Source: Candidatus Acidiferrales bacterium
Lineage (GTDB): Bacteria; Acidobacteriota; Terriglobia; Terriglobales; Acidobacteriaceae
NCBI GenBank assembly: GCA_035507635.1
Contig: DATJOA010000057.1
Coordinates: forward strand, 40,372-104,371
Direction: 5' to 3'
Length of the DNA: 64,000 nucleotides
Shown: positions 35,799-44,070 of the stretch, piece by piece
Layout of the letters: every line of letters starts with the position of its first letter
How positions within the stretch are numbered: the stretch's first letter is position 1
The notes under the pieces: model-generated
What the model was told of the DNA's origin: nothing
Database searches by the model: none
Seen by the model: only the letters and a program-made list of their open reading frames with translations
Made by a program: the position numbers and the translations under genes

Positions 35799-37964
35799 TT
35801 ATCCTTCCCTGCCTGCCACTACTCTACGCTTGCGGGACGGCTTCGGCGCCGGCTCGGGCAAAGTTGGCGGAACCTTCCCTTCCGCCACGGACATCAGGAA
35901 ATCCTGTGCGCTGAAGGCGGCGGTTCCGGTGGGCGGACGGCGATTCCGTTTTCCGTGTAGCGGCTGCCAGGCCCGGATGTAGGTGGCATCCTTCAACAGG
36001 ATTCGCGCCTTGCGGTTGTCCAAGAGATAGGCATCGAGAATCTCATGCCGCACGCGCTCGCGCAGCATTTCGTCGCGCAGCGGAACGAGGACTTCTACGC
36101 GTTCATAGAGATTGCGCGGCATCCAGTCCGCGCTTCCAATGTAGATTTCTTCCTCGCCGCCATTGGCGAAAAAGTAAATGCGGCTGTGCTCCAGAAATCG
36201 CCCGACAATGCTGCGCACCTGAATGTTCTCGCTGACTCCACGAACGCCGGGACGCAGCGCACAAATACCACGAACAATCAGATTGATCTCAACTCCGTCC
36301 TGTGAGGCGCGGTAAAGCGCTTGGATGATGTTCTTGTCGAGCAGCGCATTCATCTTGGCGATAATGCGGGCGGGGCGTCCCTCGCGAGCGTGCTCGGCCT
36401 CGCGCTCGATCAATGCGATGGTTTTCTCCGCCAAATCCAGTGGCGCAACCAGAAGGGGCTCGTAGCTGGGGTTTTCCGCATATGCCGTCAGAAAACTGAA
36501 AACGTCGTGTACCGCGCGCGTGATTTCTGGATTGGCGGTGAAAAGACTCAAATCGGTATAAATGCGCGCCGTTGTCGCGTTATAGTTTCCCGTCCCAATG
36601 TGCGCGTAACTGCGCGTCACGCCATCTGGATCCCGGCGCACCAGGAGCGACAACTTGCAATGCGTCTTGAGCCCCACCAGGCCATGAAAAACCTGCACCC
36701 CGGCATCTTCCAGATCGCGCGCCCAACGGATATTGGAGGCCTCGTCGAAGCGTGCCTTCAACTCGACGACCGCTGTAACTTCCTTGCGAGATGCGGCATC
36801 GATCAGCGACGGCACAATCAGCGAATGCTCGCTCGTGCGGTAGAGTGTCTGCTTGATCGACAGGACCCGCTCGTCTTCGGCTGCCGATTCGATGAACGAA
36901 ACCACCGCGTCATACGAGTCGAAGGGATGGTGCAGCAGGATGTCGTGCGAGCGAAGTTCCTCGAACAGATCTTTCGATTTTGAGGTCAGGCGCAGTTCCC
37001 GAGGAGAAAACGCTCGATACTTCAGGTCCGGACGATTGACCTGCTCGTAGACGTTGAATAGCCGCACCAGATTCACCGGACCGTTGACGGGAAATACCTG
37101 CCAGGGATCCAGCTCGAACACTGTACGCAGACGTTCGATAATTTCAGGGTCGGCGTCGGTTTCGATCTCCATCCGGACAGCATCGCCTTTGCGGCGATTA
37201 TGCAGCTCGGTCCGCACCGATTCGAGCAGGCTGCGCGCTTCTTCCTCAGCAAGGTACAGATTGCTGTTGCGCGTCACTCGAAATGGCGCGGAAGAAACGA
37301 TGTCATAGCCGTGGTACATGCGCACAGCGTGGTGAGCCACGAGGTCCGCGAGAAAAATGAAATCTGCGGTGTCCTTCGAGGGCAGGCGGATCAGCCGCGG
37401 TAAAGCCCGCGGCACTGAAACTACACCGGTGTATGTCAACGCGGAGCGGCGCCGCCGGCGCAGCAGAAAGCCCAGACACAGAGCCTTATTGATGACTCGC
37501 GGAAACGGATGCGCAGGATCGACCGTCACCGGAGTCAGCAGTGGATCGAGTTCCTTCTCGCAATAGTTGTTAACGAAGCTCAGGGCTTCCGAATTGAGTT
37601 CGTGCAGGCCCAGCACGCGGATCCCGTTTGCGGCAAGCGCCGGGCGCAGGCGAGCATTCCAGCAGTCGTACTGGTCCTTCACGAATTCATGCGTCAGTTT
37701 GCTGAGAATGTCCCGCTTCACCGCCAGGGTCAGGCCGTCGGGACCGGCCTCATTGTAGCCGTCCTCGATCTGCTGCATCATTGCCGCGACACGTACTTCA
37801 AAGAATTCGTCGAGATTGCTGGCCGAAATCGAGAGGAACTTCAAGCGCTCGAGCAGCGGATTCCCCTCGTCCTCTGCTTCTTCGAGCACACGGCGGTTGA
37901 AGGCCAGCCAGGAAGTGTCGCGATTGAGAAAGTACTGGGGATTATCCAGCGAAGTTCGAGCCAT
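35799..37964 (-). CDS. ppk1: polyphosphate kinase 1
   Basis: N-terminus YFLNRDTSWLAFNRRVLEEAED. The 721-aa length and the two PLD-like C-terminal regions are typical of PPK1. Confidence 0.95.
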   Translation of the reverse strand: MARTSLDNPQYFLNRDTSWLAFNRRVLEEAEDEGNPLLERLKFLSISASNLDEFFEVRVAAMMQQIEDGYNEAGPDGLTLAVKRDILSKLTHEFVKDQYDCWNARLRPALAANGIRVLGLHELNSEALSFVNNYCEKELDPLLTPVTVDPAHPFPRVINKALCLGFLLRRRRRSALTYTGVVSVPRALPRLIRLPSKDTADFIFLADLVAHHAVRMYHGYDIVSSAPFRVTRNSNLYLAEEEARSLLESVRTELHNRRKGDAVRMEIETDADPEIIERLRTVFELDPWQVFPVNGPVNLVRLFNVYEQVNRPDLKYRAFSPRELRLTSKSKDLFEELRSHDILLHHPFDSYDAVVSFIESAAEDERVLSIKQTLYRTSEHSLIVPSLIDAASRKEVTAVVELKARFDEASNIRWARDLEDAGVQVFHGLVGLKTHCKLSLLVRRDPDGVTRSYAHIGTGNYNATTARIYTDLSLFTANPEITRAVHDVFSFLTAYAENPSYEPLLVAPLDLAEKTIALIEREAEHAREGRPARIIAKMNALLDKNIIQALYRASQDGVEINLIVRGICALRPGVRGVSENIQVRSIVGRFLEHSRIYFFANGGEEEIYIGSADWMPRNLYERVEVLVPLRDEMLRERVRHEILDAYLLDNRKARILLKDATYIRAWQPLHGKRNRRPPTGTAAFSAQDFLMSVAEGKVPPTLPEPAPKPSRKRRVVAGREG

Positions 37965-38109
37965 GGGCCGTGCTTATTCGATTTTGTCTTGAGTTTGGGC
38001 CGTAACCTGGCGCTTCCACCGAGCTGCGCAAGTCAGAATCAGGGACTTCAGTATAGAACATTCTTCGGGACAACGACTTGCCAAAACCGGTAACTGCTGG
38101 ATTCGGGTA

Positions 38110-38156
38110 TCTAAAACAAAACGGCACCGGAACTTAATCGGTTCGGTTCCGGTGCC
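38110..38156 (-). terminator. Rho-independent terminator downstream of the porin gene
   Basis: Perfect 11-bp stem GGCACCGGAAC / GTTCCGGTGCC (38123-38133 / 38146-38156) with a 12-nt loop. On the minus strand it is followed by GUUUUGUUUU. Confidence 0.8.
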
Positions 38157-38176
38157 GGGAAGGATACTGCGGCTCG

Positions 38177-39958
38177 TTAGGGCAGGTAGTACCGGAACGA
38201 GGAGAAGACCATGTTGTCGATACCGTGCGGCTCGAATCCTGATCCCGACCACGCCTGGCGGTCAAGATAGGAGTACTGCAAGCCCCACTGCACGCGGCCT
38301 TTCGGACCGCTGTGGATCTTGTGCCAGAATCCGGCCGTACCTTCGATCATGACCCGCGTGTCGGCCGTGCAATTCGCAAGACTACCCGGAGCGAATCCGC
38401 CGGAGCCGGGGCCAGTTTCGGTATAGCAACCCGAGTTGTTAAACAGAGGCGCTCCGTAACCGACTTCCTTGCCACTAACCGGATCGAAGTCGGCGGCGCG
38501 CCCCGCGTACTCCGCACCGACGTTGAAGTAAACGTCGAGCTTCGGATAATGGAATTCGAGAGTTGTCAGACCTTGGAGACTTTTTACGAGGTGCAGGGCA
38601 CCGTCGGCATAAGCCGCAGTATCCGCTAGACCGGAGGTTCCATAGCGGCCGACTCCGCTCCCGCCCAAACCGTGGAGTCCGAAATCGACATGCTTCTGAG
38701 CGAACGACCAGCGCGCGTTGGCGCCGATACCGCCGCCGTTCCTGGAGTTGTTATAGGCGCCGAGAGCGTTCGGTCCCGCCGTCGAACTGCCGCCGCACGT
38801 CGTCGTCGACGAGACATCTTCGCAAGGAAACACGCGATCGCGGAACCGGCTGAAGATTCCGTAGACCTCGTAGTGTCCGAATCCGGGCTCGAAGGCCATC
38901 TTGGCGATGAAATCCGGCGACGGATTGAACGAGTAGTTCGCCTGGTTGTTATAAAGACCACCCGTAACGCCAGCCGTACCCACAAGGAAGTTGCTGGCGT
39001 TGCCATGGCTGGTCAGCGTGGCCTGTGAGTTTTCAACGGCAAATCCGAACCAGACCTTGTTATCAATGTTTTTCACGACGCGGAACCCATACTGCCGGGC
39101 CCAGCTGAAACCGACCTGGTACTGTGGATCGATCGTCATCGGAAGCGCTTCGGTCCGGTTATCCAATCCCACCTTGGTTTCGGTCACCAGACTCCACTGC
39201 TGGCCGCCGGTGAAGCTCCAACCGCTGTCGAGAGCGGCTTTCCCCCACGCCTGTCGTTGCCGCAGGGTGTAGCTGTTGCTCTCGTTGTTGTTCGAGGTGA
39301 CGCCAGCCGAAAGGAAGTCAGCCTCGACGTAGCCGCTCATCGCCACCGCCCCGGCTTTACCTTCGGCGAGCATCGAGATACGCGACTGACGGCCGGATCC
39401 GAAGAACTCGGAAGTATTCGCGGTGGAGGAGCCCGGCATGGGGACGCTATTGAACGGAGTATTGATGTCCGCCCCGAGGGCACGCGTGCGGTACACGGAT
39501 TCTGCCGCCAGGAATCCGCCCGGACTAATCGTGATTCCCTTGAAGTGAATCGTGGTGGCCGGTTCGGCAACGCGCTTTTGCGTCTCCTGTACGGTCACGA
39601 CAGTGTTGGCGACATTGGTCTTGAGATCGCTGACGTCGTTCTTCAACTCCGTGACTTGTTGCTGCTGCTGACTGGCCGTCGATTGCGCGGCATCAGCTTT
39701 GCTGGTGGCGTCGGTGGCTGCGGTCTGAGCCTGTTGAACCGCCTGATCTTTCTGGTTCAGTTGGTCCTGCAATCGCTGGATTTCCTTCTGCTGCTCCGCC
39801 AGCGCAGCCTGTTGCGATGCGATTGCATCTTTCAGAGCTTGCACATCGGCAGCCGTGATCGGCGCCGATCTCTTTTTTGGTTTCGGCGCAGTGCTGGTTT
39901 GCGCCACCAGTCCCGTCGCCAGGAACATCATTGCGCATAATTTCCACGCAGACTTCAT
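38177..39958 (-). CDS. outer-membrane porin with N-terminal coiled coil (putative phosphate-selective porin, by context)
   Basis: Signal peptide, then a ~100-aa Q/A-rich coiled coil, then alternating beta-strand-like sequence rich in G/Y/F to the C-terminus. It lies immediately downstream of pstS. Confidence 0.6.
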   Translation of the reverse strand: MKSAWKLCAMMFLATGLVAQTSTAPKPKKRSAPITAADVQALKDAIASQQAALAEQQKEIQRLQDQLNQKDQAVQQAQTAATDATSKADAAQSTASQQQQQVTELKNDVSDLKTNVANTVVTVQETQKRVAEPATTIHFKGITISPGGFLAAESVYRTRALGADINTPFNSVPMPGSSTANTSEFFGSGRQSRISMLAEGKAGAVAMSGYVEADFLSAGVTSNNNESNSYTLRQRQAWGKAALDSGWSFTGGQQWSLVTETKVGLDNRTEALPMTIDPQYQVGFSWARQYGFRVVKNIDNKVWFGFAVENSQATLTSHGNASNFLVGTAGVTGGLYNNQANYSFNPSPDFIAKMAFEPGFGHYEVYGIFSRFRDRVFPCEDVSSTTTCGGSSTAGPNALGAYNNSRNGGGIGANARWSFAQKHVDFGLHGLGGSGVGRYGTSGLADTAAYADGALHLVKSLQGLTTLEFHYPKLDVYFNVGAEYAGRAADFDPVSGKEVGYGAPLFNNSGCYTETGPGSGGFAPGSLANCTADTRVMIEGTAGFWHKIHSGPKGRVQWGLQYSYLDRQAWSGSGFEPHGIDNMVFSSFRYYLP

Positions 39959-39994
39959 TCGCCCTCTCCTTTTGTACCTGCGATAAATGGAAAT

Positions 39995-40010
39995 CCCCGA
40001 TTTTCCGGGG
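39995..40010 (-). other. small hairpin between pstS and the porin gene
   Basis: CCCCG-atttt(c)-CGGGG. This may be an attenuator or processing site within a pstS-porin transcript. Confidence 0.25.
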
Positions 40011-40012
40011 CG

Positions 40013-41017
40013 CTACTTGACTTGTTTAATTGCTTCCTTCTCTTTGGCCGCCACATTCGCCGGCAGCGGCGCATACGACAGGGCAGACGTCATGGTTTGC
40101 CCATCCGTCAGCATCCAATTCACAAAGTCGGTCAGGATCTTTCCGTTGGCTGGGTTTTTGGATTGTACGGGAATCAGCAGCCACGTGAAGCTCGAGATCG
40201 GATATGCATCCTTGCCGGGAGCGTTCGTGATCGACACGCGAAAGTCCACCGGCATTTTTGGCGCGGACGCGGCCGCCGCGGTCACGCTTTCCAGAGAACC
40301 TTTGATGAACACCCCGGAAGAGTTTCTGATGCTGCCGTATGGAATATTGTTCTCAAGCGCGTAGATCAATTCGACGTATCCGATCGACCCGGAGAGCTGC
40401 CGGATCATGCCCGATACTCCTTCGTTGCCCTTGCCGCCCATTCCTAGAGGCCACTTCACGGAGGTGTTGCTGCCGACCTGACTTTTCCACTCCGGGCTAA
40501 CCTTCGAGAGATAGTCTGTCCAGATAAAAGTCGTCCCGCTGCCGTCGGAGCGATGCACCACGATGATGTCTTTATCGGGAAAATTGACCCCAGGGTTGGC
40601 CGATGTAATGGCCTTATCGTTCCACTTGGAAATCTTGCCCAGGTAAATTCCCGCGATCGCTTCGGGGGTGAATTTCACTTCGCCGGTCACTCCGGGAACG
40701 TTGTAGGCGGGAACCACGGCGCCTAGCACGGTGGGAAGGTTCAGAATTTTGCCCTTTGCTTCCTGCAGTTGCTGGTCCGTCATGGGCATATCGCTGGCGC
40801 CGAAATCCACGGTACCGGCGGTCACTTGACGGATGCCCCCGCCGCTTCCGATCGACTGATAGTTAATCTGAATATCGGAATGTAGTTTGTGGTATTCGCT
40901 GAACCACTTCGAATAGATGGGATACGGAAACGTAGCGCCTGCTCCGTTCAGCGTGGTCTGCCCCATCACCGGCATGGCCAGTACGACACACACCAACAGC
41001 GGCACGATTTTGCGCAT
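40013..41017 (-). CDS. pstS: phosphate ABC transporter substrate-binding protein PstS
   Basis: GAGATFPYPIYSKWFSEY, YQSIGSGGGIRQ, and VDFGASD. Confidence 0.95.
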   Translation of the reverse strand: MRKIVPLLVCVVLAMPVMGQTTLNGAGATFPYPIYSKWFSEYHKLHSDIQINYQSIGSGGGIRQVTAGTVDFGASDMPMTDQQLQEAKGKILNLPTVLGAVVPAYNVPGVTGEVKFTPEAIAGIYLGKISKWNDKAITSANPGVNFPDKDIIVVHRSDGSGTTFIWTDYLSKVSPEWKSQVGSNTSVKWPLGMGGKGNEGVSGMIRQLSGSIGYVELIYALENNIPYGSIRNSSGVFIKGSLESVTAAAASAPKMPVDFRVSITNAPGKDAYPISSFTWLLIPVQSKNPANGKILTDFVNWMLTDGQTMTSALSYAPLPANVAAKEKEAIKQVK

Positions 41018-41069
41018 TGCCAGGTAACTCCTCCTTTTTTCTGATGACCATTGTTTCTATCGGCCCAGT

Positions 41070-41108
41070 GTTAAAGGAGGGTTACAGACGGGTGAATTTC
41101 TGATGAAT
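41070..41108 (-). promoter_or_regulatory. Pho-box-like array: four hexamers phased at exactly 11 bp upstream of pstS
   Basis: Top strand: GTTAAA(41070) GTTACA(41081) GTGAAT(41092) ATGAAT(41103). In gene orientation: ATTCAT-n5-ATTCAC-n5-TGTAAC-n5-TTTAAC, ending 52 nt before the pstS ATG. Confidence 0.65.
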
Positions 41109-41175
41109 GGGAACGCTCTACGCTGATCATCTGCGCTTGCCTGGAAAAGTAATAACCGCGCGAAGAAATCAAGGG

Positions 41176-41607
41176 TTAGATTTCACTCAGAAAGGCACAG
41201 CACGCCACACTGTAATCGCACCATTTCTCCTGGTCCCGGGCAATCGAACTCCGAAACAAGAATCCTCGCAGCCTCCCTGACCAAATCACCGCATCATCCA
41301 GGCGAGTTACCACCGGATGCTGCACATCCGAGAGACTGAAGTTGTGCTCCCGGAGCCTCCACGATCGAACCGCGTGACTCAGGCGCTCCCAGTCATGTTC
41401 CTGGAATGAGACACCGGGCACAGTGCGCAACAAATTCACAAGATTGTTACTATGCTGGAGGCCTCCGCATCTAAAGCTGAGATTCTCTGGGGACCAGTTA
41501 GCTCCATTCTCATTTATCTTGGCCAACTGGCAATCAGAATCGGATGGATACAGTTTGTGCATGAAGATATGCCCGATGACTATTCTGCGTCCTAATACAT
41601 TTCTCAC
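41176..41607 (-). CDS. hypothetical protein (143 aa) in a low-G+C patch
   Basis: The only long ORF in a ~0.5-kb stretch that is visibly less GC-rich than its flanks. No motif recognised. Alternative start at Met16 (41562). Confidence 0.4.
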   Translation of the reverse strand: MRNVLGRRIVIGHIFMHKLYPSDSDCQLAKINENGANWSPENLSFRCGGLQHSNNLVNLLRTVPGVSFQEHDWERLSHAVRSWRLREHNFSLSDVQHPVVTRLDDAVIWSGRLRGFLFRSSIARDQEKWCDYSVACCAFLSEI

Positions 41608-41649
41608 TTTGATCGAGAATCCAATTCAGATTCGAGGATAGACAAGCGC

Positions 41650-44061
41650 ATGGGTGATTCCACAACTCGTTATGCCCCCGGGTGGCCGGGCATACCGCCG
41701 CGCTGGACTTCGAGCGCAAAAACGGGCATGGGCACAGCACTCAACCAACACAGCAAGGTTTGGTACACGCTGAGCCATGGAATTCTGAATGAAGTTTATT
41801 TCCCTCGCGTGGATCAGGCCTGCACCCGCGACATGGGATTCATTGTCACCAATGGGCGAGATTTCTTTTCCGAAGAAAAGCGGCACTGCCGGTTTGAGAT
41901 TCGGCCGTTCGAATCCGGCATTCCGGTCTACGAGCTCACCAACACCTGCAATGGAGGGCGCTACCGAATTCACAAAGAGATTTTCAGCGATCCCTATCGA
42001 AACGTTGTGCTTCAGAAGGTTCGTTTTGAACCGCTGCTGGGAGGCCTCTCGGACTACCGGTTGTATGCGCTGCTCTCACCTCACCTTGCCAACAACGGCT
42101 CCCGGAACACGGGTTGGATCGGCGACTACAAGGGCTTCCCCATGTTTTTTGCCGAGCACGATGGAACCTCGTTGAGCTTCGCTTCTTCCACGAGGTGGAA
42201 GAAAATGTCGGTCGGATTTGTGGGCGCGTCCGACGGCTGGCAGGATATCTCTCAGCATTTTGAAATGGACTGGGAGTATACGCGGGCGGAGAACGGAAAC
42301 ATTGCCTTCACGGGCGAAATCGACCTGGAGGCATCGAACGGCGAATTTCTTCTTGCCCTCGGATTCGGCGCGACCTGGACAGAGGCCGGACAGCAGGCGC
42401 GTTCCACGCTCTTCGAACAGTATTCGGAACTGCGCGACCATTTCGTCTCGCAGTGGCAAAGCTGGCAGAGTAAGCTGCTCAAGCTGGACGATCCTGTGCG
42501 CCAGCATGACTTGTATCGAGCCTCAACCGCCGTTCTCCGCACGCACGAGTCGAAGGACTTCCTGGGCGGCATCATTGCCAGCCTCTCAATTCCATGGGGA
42601 TTTAATAAAGGAGATGAAGATCTCGGCGGATATCACCTGGTTTGGCCTCGCGATCTTGTCGAAAGCGCCGGAGCTCTTCTGGCTTCGGGAGCCGTAAATG
42701 ACGCGGTCCGGGTGCTGCGATATCTTGAGGCAACCCAGGAAGCGGACGGCAACTGGGCGCAGAACCTTTGGCTCGATGGTCGCCCCTATTGGGGCGGAGT
42801 ACAGATGGATGAAACTGCATTCCCCATCCTCCTGCTCGATTTGCTGCGGCGCGAAGCTCCGGAGAGTCTAGGCACACTGAACCGCTGGTGGCCGATGGTG
42901 CAGAAAGCGATCAGCTTTATCGTCCGCAACGGGCCGGTAACCCAGCAGGACCGCTGGGAGGAAGATGCAGGATATTCCCCATTTACGTTGGCGGCAGAGG
43001 TTTCCGCCCTGCTCGCCGCCGCCGATGTTGCCGACCTGACCGGTCATTCTGAGCAGGCGGAAACCATGCGCGACATTGCCGACGCCTGGAACGACAGCAT
43101 CGAGCGCTGGGTCTATGCAACCGGAGGAGATCTTGCCGCGCAACTCGGCGTGGAAGGATACTACGTTCGCATCGCACCGCCCGAGACCGACGGCGCATCT
43201 TCACCGACGCAGGGATTCGTTCCCATCAAGAACCGGCCGCCAGGGCAGGATGGCGAGCGCGCCTACCACATTATCAGCCCTGATGCGCTCGCGCTGGTTC
43301 GCTTCGGCCTGCGCGCGCCCGACGATCCACGGATTCTCAACACCCTTCGCGCTATCGACGCATTGCTTGCGGTCGAGCTTCCGCAAGGACCCTGCTGGTA
43401 TCGCTACAACGGCGACGGTTACGGCGAGCATCGGGACGGCTCCGCCTTTGACGGAACTGGAATTGGCCGCCCCTGGCCGCTGTTGGCAGGAGAGCGCGCC
43501 CACTACGCGATTGCCGGCGGACACGTCGATGAAGCCGAAGCGTTGCTCACCGTAATGGAGAATTCAACGTCCGGCCATACCCGCCTGTTGCCCGAGCAAG
43601 TCTGGGATGCATCCGACATTCCGGCGCTGGAGTTGTTCCGGGGCAAACCGACAGGTTCCGCGTGCCCGCTGGTCTGGGCTCACTCGGAATACATCAAGCT
43701 GCGCCGCTCCATTCGCGACGGACGCATCTTTGACCAACCTCCGCAAACCGCAAAGCGTTACTTAGAGGACAAGCCTGTCCGGAAGATTTTCGGGTGGAGA
43801 TTTAACAATAAGCCCCGTTCGATTCCCTGCAATAAGACCTTGCGCATCGTCATGCTCTCACCGGCTCGCGTACATTGGAGCATCGACGGCTGGAAGATCG
43901 CGCATGACACCGACACCCGCGATACGGGACTTGGAATTCACATCCTGGACCTGCCCACAGCTTCCCTGCCATCGGGCGGAGAAGCCGTCTTCACATTCTT
44001 CTGGCCGAATGAAAATCGTTGGGAAGGCACCGACTATCGGGTTGTCATTGAGAAAGTCTAA
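41650..44061 (+). CDS. GH15 glucoamylase/glucodextranase-like glycoside hydrolase
   Basis: N-terminal beta-sandwich plus an (alpha/alpha)6 catalytic domain with GGYHLVWPRDL, QEDGNWAQNLWLDG and RWEED. There is an additional ~110-aa C-terminal domain. Confidence 0.88.
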   Translation: MGDSTTRYAPGWPGIPPRWTSSAKTGMGTALNQHSKVWYTLSHGILNEVYFPRVDQACTRDMGFIVTNGRDFFSEEKRHCRFEIRPFESGIPVYELTNTCNGGRYRIHKEIFSDPYRNVVLQKVRFEPLLGGLSDYRLYALLSPHLANNGSRNTGWIGDYKGFPMFFAEHDGTSLSFASSTRWKKMSVGFVGASDGWQDISQHFEMDWEYTRAENGNIAFTGEIDLEASNGEFLLALGFGATWTEAGQQARSTLFEQYSELRDHFVSQWQSWQSKLLKLDDPVRQHDLYRASTAVLRTHESKDFLGGIIASLSIPWGFNKGDEDLGGYHLVWPRDLVESAGALLASGAVNDAVRVLRYLEATQEADGNWAQNLWLDGRPYWGGVQMDETAFPILLLDLLRREAPESLGTLNRWWPMVQKAISFIVRNGPVTQQDRWEEDAGYSPFTLAAEVSALLAAADVADLTGHSEQAETMRDIADAWNDSIERWVYATGGDLAAQLGVEGYYVRIAPPETDGASSPTQGFVPIKNRPPGQDGERAYHIISPDALALVRFGLRAPDDPRILNTLRAIDALLAVELPQGPCWYRYNGDGYGEHRDGSAFDGTGIGRPWPLLAGERAHYAIAGGHVDEAEALLTVMENSTSGHTRLLPEQVWDASDIPALELFRGKPTGSACPLVWAHSEYIKLRRSIRDGRIFDQPPQTAKRYLEDKPVRKIFGWRFNNKPRSIPCNKTLRIVMLSPARVHWSIDGWKIAHDTDTRDTGLGIHILDLPTASLPSGGEAVFTFFWPNENRWEGTDYRVVIEKV

Positions 44062-44070
44062 CGCCCGGCA

